From NCBI GenBank assembly GCA_003551645.1, contig PUND01000112.1, forward strand, positions 10,713-74,712: a DNA stretch of 64,000 bases. Direction: 5' to 3'. The position numbers were made by a program, and so were the translations under genes. The notes under the pieces are model-generated. The model was not told the DNA's origin. It saw only the letters and a program-made list of their open reading frames with translations, and searched no databases. This stretch comes from Phycisphaerae bacterium (GTDB lineage Bacteria > Planctomycetota > Phycisphaerae > SM23-33). Positions 10,073 to 20,056 of this stretch are shown piece after piece (within the stretch, counting starts at the first letter, position 1; each line of letters starts with the position of its first letter).

Positions 10073-10918
10073 TCAACCCACCCTCACGTTGTCTATCAGC
10101 CGGGCCTTTCCCAGCCGGACGGCGAGGGCGACGACAACCGGCCGGTCGGTTGTTTCCACGTCCTCCAGCGTCTCCGGATCGACCACCTGTATATATTCGA
10201 TTTCTCCTTCGACCACCTTCCCCGAGATATGTCCGCGAACCGCCGCGACGATCTCCTCGGCCGGCGGTTGCCGCTCGGTTATCATATTCTCGGCCGCTCG
10301 CAGGGCGGCGTAAAGCTCCGGCGCCTGTCGTCGCTGCTCGGGCGTCAGGTAGGCGTTCCTGCTGGAGACCGCCAGCCCGTCCGGCTCTCGAACCGTCGGC
10401 TCAACGACTATTTCCACCGGGAAGTTCAGGTCTCGCACCATCCGCCGGACCACCACCGACTGCTGGTAGTCCTTGGCGCCGAACCACGCCCTGTCCGGCT
10501 CGACGATGTTGAACAGCTTCGCGACCACTGTGCAGACACCGTCTAAGTGTCCCGGCCGTCGGCGGCCGCAAAGGGTTTCGGTCAGTTTCGATACGCTCAC
10601 AGTCGTCAGCGGTTCGGTCGGATACATCTGTCCGACTCCCGGAGCGAAAACCACATCCGCTCCGGCATCCTCGCACGCGGCCAGATCTTCTGCGGGCGTT
10701 CGTGGATATGCCTGATAGTCCTCGCCTGGCCCGAACTGCGTGGGGTTGACGAATATGCTGACCACCAGGTAATCGCACCCGGCCCGGCCGGCGGCCATCA
10801 GCGTGCGGTGGCCGGCGTGCAGGGCGCCCATCGTGGGAACAAGACCGATGGTCCCGCCGGCTCGGCGGGCTTTGCCGATGCGATTGCGGATTCCTTCGAT
10901 TGTGTTTTCAACGTCCAT
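10073..10918 (-). CDS. panC: pantoate--beta-alanine ligase
   Basis: PanC signature 'GLVPTMGALHAGHRTLM...FVNPTQFGPGEDY...FGAKDYQQ'. Confidence 0.9.
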   Translation of the reverse strand: MDVENTIEGIRNRIGKARRAGGTIGLVPTMGALHAGHRTLMAAGRAGCDYLVVSIFVNPTQFGPGEDYQAYPRTPAEDLAACEDAGADVVFAPGVGQMYPTEPLTTVSVSKLTETLCGRRRPGHLDGVCTVVAKLFNIVEPDRAWFGAKDYQQSVVVRRMVRDLNFPVEIVVEPTVREPDGLAVSSRNAYLTPEQRRQAPELYAALRAAENMITERQPPAEEIVAAVRGHISGKVVEGEIEYIQVVDPETLEDVETTDRPVVVALAVRLGKARLIDNVRVG

Positions 10919-10927
10919 GTGCCGTTC

Positions 10928-11521
10928 TCAACTCCCGAGCATCTTACGGATACGCCCGGCCAGCTCGGCCGCCATCGCTGCGTCGCGCACGTCGGCGCTC
11001 TCGGCTCCGATGTTTATCACGGGGCGGCTGGAGCCGGATACGAACTCATTGTACGCCGTGCGCATGCGGGCCAGGAAATCCCGCGTCATAGACCGTTCGA
11101 AGTCCCGCCCGCGTCGCTCGATTCGCCTCAGAAGCTCTGGCTCCGAGCAGTCCAGATGCACCAGCAGATCCGGCGGATGGACCATTCGTTCGACGCGCCG
11201 GGCCAGCTTGTCGTAAAGCCGGAATTCATGCTCGCCTAGAAGCGCCCCGGCGTAGATGCGGTCCTGGCAGAACCCGTAGTCGCTGACCTTCGGCTCGTCT
11301 TGGCACGCGGCAGACGAGAGCTGGCCGGCCCGTGAAACAAGAAAATAAAGCTGCGCCGGCAGGCGGGCCTCAGCGGAACCGGCATAGGCCTCCACCAGAA
11401 AGGGATTTCCGCGATAGTCCTCGCGTATCAGTCCGGCCGGCAGGGCCTCGGCGAGCCGTTCGGCCAGCGTAGTCTTGCCGACCGCGGGCGGGCCGATGAT
11501 GCTAACAAGAGCGGCTTTCAT
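10928..11521 (-). CDS. deoxynucleoside kinase family protein
   Basis: P-loop 'IIGPPAVGKTTLAERL'. The length and 'DR..Y' pattern fit the dNK/dGK family. The start overlaps the folK stop (ATGA). Confidence 0.65.
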   Translation of the reverse strand: MKAALVSIIGPPAVGKTTLAERLAEALPAGLIREDYRGNPFLVEAYAGSAEARLPAQLYFLVSRAGQLSSAACQDEPKVSDYGFCQDRIYAGALLGEHEFRLYDKLARRVERMVHPPDLLVHLDCSEPELLRRIERRGRDFERSMTRDFLARMRTAYNEFVSGSSRPVINIGAESADVRDAAMAAELAGRIRKMLGS

Positions 11522-12000
11522 CGGCTTACCTCCGCGTCGGCGAGCAGTTCCGCGACCGTCCGCCGGAGTGTCGGGTGAACGGCTTGAGGCGCGATGCTCG
11601 CCAGCGGCCGAAGGACAAACAGACGTTCATGCATACGGGGGTGCGGGATGGTCAGCTCGTCTGTTTCTATAACCTCTTGTCCGAAAAGCAATATGTCCAG
11701 ATCGCACGTCCGCGAGCCGTGGCGCGGCTCGTTTTCACGACGGCGCCCAAGCTCACGCTCGATGCGATGAAGCTCACTCAGTAGCTCGTGCGGAGCCAGC
11801 GTGGTCTCTATCATGGCCGCGGCGTTGTAGTACTTATCCTGGCCGGTCGGCCCGCCTTCCGGGTCGGTCTGGAAGAACTGGGATATTTTACCGACCTCTA
11901 TTCCGTCGGCGGCGTTCAACAGCTTCAGAGCCGACAGCAGGTTGTCGGCCCGGTCGCCGAGGTTGCTGCCCAGCGAGATGTATGCGGTGTGCTTGCCCAT
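11518..12000 (-). CDS. folK: 2-amino-4-hydroxy-6-hydroxymethyldihydropteridine pyrophosphokinase (HPPK)
   Basis: 'AYISLGSNLGDR...DLDILLFG...IPHPRMHERLFVLRPL' is the HPPK signature. Start taken at the internal ATG (MGKHTAYI). Confidence 0.85.
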   Translation of the reverse strand: MGKHTAYISLGSNLGDRADNLLSALKLLNAADGIEVGKISQFFQTDPEGGPTGQDKYYNAAAMIETTLAPHELLSELHRIERELGRRRENEPRHGSRTCDLDILLFGQEVIETDELTIPHPRMHERLFVLRPLASIAPQAVHPTLRRTVAELLADAEVSR

Positions 12001-12245
12001 GCGGGCGAAGTTACCGCCCCCGTCCGCCGGCCGCAAGCGCGGCTGTATGGCATTTGGCAACCGCGCCGGAACCGCTCATCTACACCCGGCCCGTTGGTCA
12101 TCACGATTTGCGGGGCCTAATCCGCCGATGCGGGCTGTCGGGGGCATGCTCCGCACGAGTGTTGTTGCATGTGTCGTGTCGGAAGGTCCATCCGTTTGGG
12201 ACGCTTTGAGGGTTCCGCACGCATGCGCAGACCAACCCGCCGGCG

Positions 12246-13424
12246 CTATATTCCGGTCTGGACTATCCGGTCCATCGCCTCGGACAAGACGCCTTCCGGA
12301 TAGGTCAGCGAGATGCGGAAGTAGCCCTCGCCCCACTGTCCGTAGCCGCGGCCGGGGGTGACGACCACGCCGGCCTTGTCAAGCAGTTCCTCGGCGAACC
12401 TGCCGCTGTCGCCGGCGAACCGCTCAGGCACCGGGGCCCAGACGTATATCGTGGCCTTCGGCGATGTGACGTCCCAGCCGGCGGCGCTGAGCCGCTCGAC
12501 CACCAGGTCTCGCCGCTTCTGATAGACCTCGTTGATGCGGTCGCGCAGCTCCTCGGCGCGGTTCAGTGCCTCCACGGCCGCGAACTGCACCGCCCGCAGC
12601 GTGCCGTTATCGACGTTATCCTTGACCGCACTCAGGGCGTCCACGGCCTCTGCGTTGCCCACCATCGCGCCTACCCGCCAGCCGGTCATGTTGAACGCCT
12701 TGCTCAACGAGAACATCTCGACCGCCGTCTCGTCGGCGCCGCTGACCTGGAGTATGCTCGGCGCCTCGTAGCCGTCGAAGGTATTCTCGGTGTAGGCGGC
12801 GTCGTGAACGATGAGGATGTCGTTTTCGCGCGCGAAATCGACCGCCCGTTCAAAGAACTCCAAAGGCGCCACGGCTGTGGTGGGGTTGTTCGGGTAATTC
12901 AGCCAGAGGACCTTCGCCAGCCGGCGGACCTCGTGGGGTATCTCGTCGAAGTCCGGCAACCAGTCGTTTTCCGGCCGAAGCGGAAGCTGGTGGGTAACAG
13001 CGCCGGCGAAGACATGGCTGATGTTGTACGTGGGATAGCCCGGGACCGGCGCTATGCCGATGTCTCCGGCGTTAAGCACGGCCAGACCGAGCTTCACGAT
13101 GGCGTCCTTGCTGCCCATGGTCGGGAGTATCTGGTTGTCGCTGAGCTTGACCGACCACCTGCGGCTGTAGAAGTCGGCGAAGGCCTCCGAAAGCTCGGCG
13201 ACCGGGTTGTCGTTGCCGTAACGGTGGCGGTCAGCATCGGAGGCGTCCGCGACCGCTGAGCACATTCGCTCCACGACCGGATCGGGCGTGGGCATGTCCG
13301 GATCGCCGATGCCCAGTGAGATAATCTTCTCCCCGCGCTGGCGGCGGGCGGCGATCTTGCGGCGGAGGTCGGCGAAAAGATACGGCGGCAGCTTTCGCAA
13401 ACGCTGTGAGCGTTCCAGGTCCAT
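12246..13424 (-). CDS. dapL: LL-diaminopimelate aminotransferase (class I/II aminotransferase, DapL-type)
   Basis: 'ISLGIGDPDMPTP' N-terminal motif and 'SLSKAFNMTGWRVG' PLP-lysine region. ATG verified at 13422-13424 (MDLERSQRLRKLP). Confidence 0.7.
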   Translation of the reverse strand: MDLERSQRLRKLPPYLFADLRRKIAARRQRGEKIISLGIGDPDMPTPDPVVERMCSAVADASDADRHRYGNDNPVAELSEAFADFYSRRWSVKLSDNQILPTMGSKDAIVKLGLAVLNAGDIGIAPVPGYPTYNISHVFAGAVTHQLPLRPENDWLPDFDEIPHEVRRLAKVLWLNYPNNPTTAVAPLEFFERAVDFARENDILIVHDAAYTENTFDGYEAPSILQVSGADETAVEMFSLSKAFNMTGWRVGAMVGNAEAVDALSAVKDNVDNGTLRAVQFAAVEALNRAEELRDRINEVYQKRRDLVVERLSAAGWDVTSPKATIYVWAPVPERFAGDSGRFAEELLDKAGVVVTPGRGYGQWGEGYFRISLTYPEGVLSEAMDRIVQTGI

Positions 13425-13605
13425 CGGGTATTTCCTCTTGTTGTTCTTGACGGCAAAGTGCCCGCGGGCCGACTCGCCCGCTTGTTCGGGCGGGCATTGT
13501 AACAGCTTGCCCCCGCCGGGCAACCGTGCGTCCGGGCCGAGCCGCGGCTCATGAGGCGGCCGATTGCGTCGCGGCCGTTATGGCGGTATCGTTCCGGCAT
13601 CGGAG

Positions 13606-14508
13606 ATGCCAATGCCGCCCGGACCGACAAAACGCGAACGAGAGAACCTCTGGAAGCTGCTGGAGATGGCCCGGACCGAAGACCTCGGCTCAGGCGACGT
13701 AACCAGCGCAATACTGCCGCGGGACACGAGGGCGCACGGCCTTTTCCGTGCCCGCCAGCCGATGGTCTTCTGCGGCGGGGCCTTGCTGGAGGCGATCGCC
13801 GTCTGCTACGACGGCTCGCTGAGGACCGAGACGGTTACCAACGAGGGCGAGTACGTGGAGCCGGGCCGGCCGCTGGCCAAGTGGCACGGGCCGGCACGGG
13901 CGATGATGGCCGCCGAGAGAGTCGCGCTTAACTTCTTCCAGCGGCTCAGCGGAGTAGCCACCGCCACGCGGGAGTACGTTAACGCCGTCGCCGGAACGGC
14001 ATCGCAAATCTACGATACTCGCAAGACCACCCCCGGCTGGCGCGACCTGGAGAAGTACGCCGTCCGCGTCGGCGGCGGCAGGAACCACCGGCAGGGGCTG
14101 TGGGATGCCGTGATGGTCAAGGACAACCACCTGGCGGTGCTGGCCCGCGCCGAGGGACGCGACCCCATAGAGGCCGCCGCCAGGGAGCTTGAGAGGGTCA
14201 GGCCCTATCTTGGAGAGCGGGCGTTCGTCGAGCTTGAGGTGGATTCGCTGGAGCAGTTCGAGGTCGCGATCACGTTGCCGGTAGATATCATTTTGCTGGA
14301 CAACATGTCCACCGAGGACCTGCGTGAGGCCGTTGGCAGAAGAGACCGCGCCGGGCTTGCCGGCCGGGTCGAACTGGAGGCATCCGGCGGGATAACGCTA
14401 AATAACGTCCGCGAGGTGGCCGAGACTGGCGTTGAGCGAATCGCCATCGGTGCCCTGACGCACTCGGCTGGGGCGGTGGACATCGCCCTGGATATCGAGA
14501 TCGAATGA
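13606..14508 (+). CDS. nadC: nicotinate-nucleotide diphosphorylase (carboxylating) / quinolinate phosphoribosyltransferase
   Basis: 'YDTRKTTPGWRDLEKYAVRVGGGRNHRQGL...VKDNH' and a C-terminal 'ASGGIT' are typical of NadC. The stop overlaps the birA start (ATGA). Confidence 0.85.
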   Translation: MPMPPGPTKRERENLWKLLEMARTEDLGSGDVTSAILPRDTRAHGLFRARQPMVFCGGALLEAIAVCYDGSLRTETVTNEGEYVEPGRPLAKWHGPARAMMAAERVALNFFQRLSGVATATREYVNAVAGTASQIYDTRKTTPGWRDLEKYAVRVGGGRNHRQGLWDAVMVKDNHLAVLARAEGRDPIEAAARELERVRPYLGERAFVELEVDSLEQFEVAITLPVDIILLDNMSTEDLREAVGRRDRAGLAGRVELEASGGITLNNVREVAETGVERIAIGALTHSAGAVDIALDIEIE

Positions 14509-15497
14509 ACGAAGGCGGCCCCATCAACAGCCAGGCCCGAACTCACGACCCGGCAGGAAGCGTGCTTTCGGTGCTGTACGACCGGGGCGATGCGTTCATA
14601 AGCCGAGACGAGCTTGTCGCCGCGGCGGGCCTTCGCCGGGGGCAACTGGAAGAGGCCCTCGCCGAGCTTCGTCGCCGCGGACAGCAGGTGGAGCAAAGCC
14701 CCGCACATGGTCTTCGCCTGTCGGGACCGGTGCGGCCGCATCCGCTGCTTATCGAAAAAGGGCTTGGCACGCGGCGCGTGGGCGGGAGCGTAATCTGCTT
14801 TGATGAGGTGGAATCAACCAACGACGTTGCCTTCGACTCGGCAAGGTCCGGCGCCGACGGGCTGGCGGTACTGGCCGAGTCGCAGCGCCGCGGCAGGGGG
14901 CGGCTGGGACGGACCTGGCTGAGCAGCTCCGGTGCGAATGTGCTGATTAGCGTTCTTCTCATCGGCCGCGCATCACCGCCCGCTCCGGAGCCGCTGACCA
15001 TAGCCGCCGGACTCGCCGCGTCCGAGGCGCTCGATGCCTTCGGCGCCGAAAGCCGGCTGAAGTGGCCCAATGACGTACTGCTCGACGGCGCCAAGGCCGC
15101 CGGCGTCATGGTCGAGATAAGAGGCCGTGCCGCGGTCGTGGGCTTCGGGGTCAACGTCAATGCCGCTCCGCCGCCGTCGGAGGTGGATTTCCCGGCGACG
15201 TGCCTTGCCGATTCGCTGGGGCATCCGGTCGAGCGGATAGAGCTGGTCCGAGAGCTTCTTCGCCGGCTGGATGCCTGGGTCGAACATGTGGACGCCGACC
15301 GGCTCGAAGGTCTCGCGGAGGCCTTCGCCGCTCGTTGCGACACCCTGAATCGCCGTGTGACGGTCCGCCACGGCGGTCGGGAACACGTCGGACGAGCAAT
15401 CGACGTAAGCCCGTTTGAAGGGCTGGTCCTTCTGTGCGACGACGGGCGCCGGTTGCATCTTCCGGCGGCCGGGTCAACAATCCTCAACTGGAGATAA
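14505..15497 (+). CDS. birA: biotin--[acetyl-CoA-carboxylase] ligase
   Basis: 'QRRGRGRLGRTW' and 'LKWPNDVLLDGAKAAGVMVE' BirA motifs. An N-terminal winged-helix-like region is also present. Confidence 0.85.
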   Translation: MNEGGPINSQARTHDPAGSVLSVLYDRGDAFISRDELVAAAGLRRGQLEEALAELRRRGQQVEQSPAHGLRLSGPVRPHPLLIEKGLGTRRVGGSVICFDEVESTNDVAFDSARSGADGLAVLAESQRRGRGRLGRTWLSSSGANVLISVLLIGRASPPAPEPLTIAAGLAASEALDAFGAESRLKWPNDVLLDGAKAAGVMVEIRGRAAVVGFGVNVNAAPPPSEVDFPATCLADSLGHPVERIELVRELLRRLDAWVEHVDADRLEGLAEAFAARCDTLNRRVTVRHGGREHVGRAIDVSPFEGLVLLCDDGRRLHLPAAGSTILNWR

Positions 15498-15537
15498 TGC
15501 GCCCTATCGCGGGCGTATCAGACTGTCGGCGCATCCC

Positions 15538-17655
15538 ATGAGCCCGGCGCGAATCGACAGGATATTTGTGTTCTGGGTAGCCGCGACTTTGATGGTGCAC
15601 GCCGCGGCCATGGTCATGCTGTGTTCACGCGCTTTCGACGCCTCAGCGACCACCACCCTGATCGGGGTCTCCGCGATGCTGCTGGCAGTCGCCCTGGCCG
15701 TGGGCCTGCCGGGGCGCATGGTTCGCGCGGCACAGTGGGTGGCGCTTCGGCTGGGGCTTCGTCGTATCGTGGTGCCGGGCCTTGCAGCGGCGGCGGCCAC
15801 CCGCGTCGGTCCGGAAGAGGCCCGCGCCATGTCGCACCTGGCCGCGACGCTGGCGTTCGTGGCCGCGGGGTTCGGACTTCTGGGCGCTCTGGCGCTTCAG
15901 GGTGCCTCGGCCGTCATGCGATTGCTGGAGCACGGCTTCATATACCCCGGATGGGTGTGGGGGCTTATTACCTTCGCGCTGGCCCTGACGGCGATGCTGC
16001 CAATGGGCCTGGGTGTCAGTGTGGCTCTGCTCAGTCACGCGGTCCTGCGGCGCGGGTCCGGACGCGATGTGTACGCCGGCGTGTTTCGCGAGTGGGTTTG
16101 GTCGGCGGCCGCCGGATTCGCCGTTCTGGCGGTTCTGTGGTGGAGCGGGGCGAATCTGCTTTACGTGGGATTCGGGTCGGTGGTCTCACTGGCGGGCGCG
16201 GGGGCAGCTCTGACTCAGCGGAAGCGCACCGCCGTGCGTCTGCGCCGGCCGTTGAGTCCGGTCGCGGCGCCTTCTCCGCTGAGGCGTCTGGCGGTGGCGG
16301 CCTGCTGGGCGGCGGTTGCGGTCGTGCTGCTGAGCCAGATCCGGCTCCTGGAGGCGCTGACCGGCGCCTGCGTAGGCGGCAAGTCCGCCTGGCTGGCGGT
16401 ATCGATGGCGATGCTGGCCGCGGCGATCGGCAGATCCGACGCGCGTTCCCACGCCCCCTCTGTCCGGCAGTTGCTGGCGGCGTGCATCGTGCTGGGGGCT
16501 GGGCTTCTTATGCAGTTCTCATTGCTTATGGCGGCCGTTGCGGCGCGAGTAGGCGGCTCCGTGTCGCTTGCGGTTGTCGCCGGGCTGACGGCGCTGGCGG
16601 CCCAGGCGCCGCTGGCGGCGGGAGCGGGCATGATTATCTCCGCCCATCGCAGGCGGTTCGCCTCGGCGGGCAGGCAGGGAAGGCAGTATATCTCCACGGT
16701 GGCCGGCGGCGCGGGCGCCGGTGCGGTCGGTTATCTGCTGTTCGCGCCGAGTCCCGGCGGCATGCTCGCGGCGGCGACGGCGCTGCTGTTGTGCGCCGGC
16801 GCCGTGGTGGCGTTGATCGGCAACACGCGCCGTCCGGTCGAGCAGGTCCGCTGGGCGGTCTGGGGGGGCGTATTGCTTCTTGGGTTGACCACGGCGGTTG
16901 TGGCGGCGGTTCACGAGCTTCGCACGGAGCTGGGCCGTGGCACCATCGGCGCGTGGCTGATGGATGAAGGCGACGGTCCTCGGGGCGTCGCCGGGGTTGC
17001 GCGCAGCCCCGCCGTCACGGCCGAACTGGATGCATTGCTCCGGCAGAGCCGAGGACGATGGTGGGTGGTGGCCGGCTCGGCAGCCGATGTGCCGGACCAG
17101 CCGTGGGGTGTTTCGATGTCTGTCTCGGCCCCGGATGTCTCTGCCGCAGGGGCGGAATTGCGGCAGCGGCTCTCGTCCGGCGCCGAGGGGGGATGGTTCC
17201 AGGCAATGCGCGGACATCCGCCGCAGTATGACGGGCTTGTTCTGTCGCCCATGCCCGCGGACCACGGCGGCGCATGGCGATGCTACAGCGTCGAGACGCT
17301 TTCCCGTTCGGTCCGTCTGGTGCACCCCGGCGGCGTGGTGGCGGTGCGCGTGCGTTCGTCCGACGCCCGGGTGCTTCTGCGCGTGGTGCATGGTTTCGCC
17401 GGTGTAGTCGGCGACGGCTGGGTCGCCGTAGCCGCAACCGACGGCGGACTGGATGCGCTTATAGTTGGTCCGCCGGGTGCCGCCGAACCGCCGAGGCGAC
17501 AGGGGCTGACGTTGGTTTCTGTCCATGACCTGAGCGAAGCCGACGGCCGAGCCGGGCCTGTGCGGCTGATAGCCCCCGGCGGCATCCGCCTGCGGGGCAG
17601 GGGACACGATGAACTGCTCGACACACTGGGCGAGCTTGCCGGCGAGCGGCCCTGA
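15538..17655 (+). CDS. large polytopic membrane protein with C-terminal soluble domain (possibly spermidine-synthase-like; unassigned)
   Basis: ~700 aa. More than 10 hydrophobic helices are followed by a ~250-aa Gly/Ala/Val-rich soluble C-terminus. Start taken at the ATG at 15538 to avoid overlap with birA; the longest ORF starts at TTG 15415. Confidence 0.5.
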   Translation: MSPARIDRIFVFWVAATLMVHAAAMVMLCSRAFDASATTTLIGVSAMLLAVALAVGLPGRMVRAAQWVALRLGLRRIVVPGLAAAAATRVGPEEARAMSHLAATLAFVAAGFGLLGALALQGASAVMRLLEHGFIYPGWVWGLITFALALTAMLPMGLGVSVALLSHAVLRRGSGRDVYAGVFREWVWSAAAGFAVLAVLWWSGANLLYVGFGSVVSLAGAGAALTQRKRTAVRLRRPLSPVAAPSPLRRLAVAACWAAVAVVLLSQIRLLEALTGACVGGKSAWLAVSMAMLAAAIGRSDARSHAPSVRQLLAACIVLGAGLLMQFSLLMAAVAARVGGSVSLAVVAGLTALAAQAPLAAGAGMIISAHRRRFASAGRQGRQYISTVAGGAGAGAVGYLLFAPSPGGMLAAATALLLCAGAVVALIGNTRRPVEQVRWAVWGGVLLLGLTTAVVAAVHELRTELGRGTIGAWLMDEGDGPRGVAGVARSPAVTAELDALLRQSRGRWWVVAGSAADVPDQPWGVSMSVSAPDVSAAGAELRQRLSSGAEGGWFQAMRGHPPQYDGLVLSPMPADHGGAWRCYSVETLSRSVRLVHPGGVVAVRVRSSDARVLLRVVHGFAGVVGDGWVAVAATDGGLDALIVGPPGAAEPPRRQGLTLVSVHDLSEADGRAGPVRLIAPGGIRLRGRGHDELLDTLGELAGERP

Positions 17656-17717
17656 GCGGAGCCGTCTGAACATGCCGCCGTGACGGCCGGGGATGCGAGC
17701 CGCTTCGGAGCAACTCG

Positions 17718-18431
17718 CTACGGCGCGGACTCGCGAAGGGGGTTGATGGCCTTGTCCAGACCGGCCGCGGCGCGGCGGTACAGGTCCGCGTGTTCAGCGT
17801 CCACGGCGCCGCTGTCGACGAGCTCGTACATCCTTGCCTGAAGCCGCATCAGCCGTCGCGCGAGCTTCAGCCGTTCGGCATGTGGGAGCGAGCGGAGTTG
17901 CTTGTCGCTGATCGTGGGCAGTGTCTGTCTGAGTCGGTTCAGCTCCTTCTTTACCGCTGATACCTGATTCTTCATCACCACCCGCTTCAGTTCAGGGGGT
18001 ATAAGGTCGCGGTCCACCCAGCCGGTCCCGCGACAAAAGTCGCACGGCGTGAAGCCCAGCCCGTCGCATCCCGAGCAGGTCTCGCCGTCCTCGTCTTTTC
18101 CTCCGCCCTCGCACTGGTCGCAGACCGAGGCGCCGTCGTCACACATGAAACAGTGCCAGTGCGAGAAGGCGGAAATCACCAGCGGCTGCAACGGCTCGTC
18201 CAACGCCTCGTCGGCCCTGGCGAACAGCTCATCGAGTTTCATCCCGCGAGCGGCCTTGCGAAGGTGCCGGTAGGCCGAGCAGATGGGGTCGGGACGACGT
18301 GTGCGCACCGCCTCCTGAAGCTCTCGCAGGGCATCGCCGAGTCCGTTGTGGCCGCTGACGCCGTCGTACTTCAAGTCGGTCCCGGCGGGCGGGGCGTGCT
18401 CATCGGTCGGGTTTTGCGGTTCGTCAGGCAT
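17718..18431 (-). CDS. DnaJ-type CxxCxGxG zinc-finger domain protein (no J domain)
   Basis: Contains three consecutive CxxCxGxG repeats ('CDQCEGGG', 'CSGCDGLG', 'CDFCRGTG') preceded by 'CFMCDDG'. Start taken at the ATG at 18429-18431 (MPDEP); the longest ORF extends to 18539. Confidence 0.55.
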   Translation of the reverse strand: MPDEPQNPTDEHAPPAGTDLKYDGVSGHNGLGDALRELQEAVRTRRPDPICSAYRHLRKAARGMKLDELFARADEALDEPLQPLVISAFSHWHCFMCDDGASVCDQCEGGGKDEDGETCSGCDGLGFTPCDFCRGTGWVDRDLIPPELKRVVMKNQVSAVKKELNRLRQTLPTISDKQLRSLPHAERLKLARRLMRLQARMYELVDSGAVDAEHADLYRRAAAGLDKAINPLRESAP

Positions 18432-18958
18432 CGGTCGCTCAACGCGCTCAGTTTCCGCCTCTACGCCGTCGCGCCGATGATGATAAGTATGGATGAATGC
18501 CCTGTTTGGCGGCGGATGAGCTCTTCCGCCACCTTCCAATCATACCGCACAGGTACCGAAATCGACAAGGCGAATTCCTACCCGGCGACGGCTTTGTGAG
18601 CGCTTTGCCAGCATTTATACGCCGCCCCGGCGAGGGGTGTTCGACGGGCGCGGAAACGCCGGGGTGCCCAGGTTGCATGTTGCCTGCAATCGGGTTGTCG
18701 GGGCCATCTGAGAGGTCATAGACGACGCTCTCATGAACACGGCTTATGCAGGAAGCTCGGAGTCCCGGCATTTGAGAGATTCGAGCGGGAGCGGCAAACC
18801 TGTCACTGCTGCCAATGTGCGACCGCTGCCGGAAGTGCCTGGCTCGCGGTCGTCCGGCCGCCGGGCGAGGCCGGCTTAACGTCCTCGCAGACGTCCCACT
18901 CATCCGACAGCCCGGATGCCGGCGGGATTCTGCGCCGCCGGTGGTTTACACTTAACGC

Positions 18959-19987
18959 ATGGGCGCCGACAGCGAACTGACGAATGTGGCAAAGCGACTC
19001 GCCATGGAGGCGGGTTTTACCCGCGTAGGCGTAGCACCAGCCGGGCAGATACCGGGCCGGGAGCGCTTCCGGCGATGGCTGTCCTCGGGCGGACATGGCG
19101 AGATGGGCTACCTCGCCCGCAACGTGGCAAAGCGGTTCGACCCGCGCCTGCTGGTGGAGGGCGCCCAAGGCGTGATATGCGTTGTACTGTCGTATGCCCC
19201 GCCGGATGATGCGCCGCCGCTACAGATAGCCCGCTACGCCCGCGGGCGCGACTATCACCGAGTGGTCAGACAGCGGCTCCGCCGACTCATGGACCGCTTG
19301 CGCGAGCTTGAGCCGGAATTCGCCGGCAGGGCGTTCGTCGATTCGGCGCCTCTTGCCGAGCGTTCGCTGGCGGTGCTGGCGGGTCTTGGCTGGATCGGCC
19401 GCAACGGATGCCTGATCGTGCCCGGTGCGGGCAGTTATGTGGTCCTCGGTGAGATTGTCTGCAACCTTCCTCTTATTGCGGATAAGCCCATAGCCGGCGG
19501 CTGCGGCGACTGCGACCTTTGCGTCCGGGCCTGCCCGACCGGGGCTATCGACGAAGACGGAACCGTCGATGCGCGGTTGTGCCTGAGCTACCTGACCGTC
19601 GAGCACCGCGGGCCGATTGACCGGCGGGTGGCGGCCGGGATGGGCGAGCGGCTGTTCGGCTGCGATGCCTGCCAGCAGGCCTGCCCGCACAACGCCGATG
19701 TGCCCGCCGGCGACCCGGAGCTTACATTGGAACGGCCGGTCGCACGGGTAAATGCAGCCGATGTGCTCGAATGGACCGAGCCGGACTGGGACGTGATGAC
19801 ACGCGGCTCGACCACCCGCCGGGCCGGATGGACGATGTGGCTTCGCAACGCCGCGATTGCCCGCGGCAACTCCGGCGATAGCTCGGCGAGACCGGACCTG
19901 CTGCGCTTGGCGTCCGGGGCAGGCCCGGCGGCCGACGCCGCCCGATGGGCGATGGAGCGACTGCAGGATCGGCCGACTGGCGGGTGA
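18959..19987 (+). CDS. queG: tRNA epoxyqueuosine(34) reductase
   Basis: 'RGRDYH', two 4Fe-4S ferredoxin motifs ('CGDCDLCVRACPTGA' and 'CDACQQACPHN') and a C-terminal HEAT-like tail. This is QueG architecture. Confidence 0.8.
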   Translation: MGADSELTNVAKRLAMEAGFTRVGVAPAGQIPGRERFRRWLSSGGHGEMGYLARNVAKRFDPRLLVEGAQGVICVVLSYAPPDDAPPLQIARYARGRDYHRVVRQRLRRLMDRLRELEPEFAGRAFVDSAPLAERSLAVLAGLGWIGRNGCLIVPGAGSYVVLGEIVCNLPLIADKPIAGGCGDCDLCVRACPTGAIDEDGTVDARLCLSYLTVEHRGPIDRRVAAGMGERLFGCDACQQACPHNADVPAGDPELTLERPVARVNAADVLEWTEPDWDVMTRGSTTRRAGWTMWLRNAAIARGNSGDSSARPDLLRLASGAGPAADAARWAMERLQDRPTGG

Positions 19988-20056
19988 GTTGGTTTTCGGA
20001 TGTTTGACCGCCGAATCGCGCGGCAATAGGATACGGCATCCCTTGGAGAGAGGCGA

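Noticed and set aside
16519-17673. 384-aa minus-strand ORF and the nested ORF at 15621-16967
   Set aside because: They are antisense or out-of-frame relative to the long polytopic membrane protein, whose hydrophobic periodicity makes it the credible frame. Their composition is extreme in Arg/Gly/Pro.
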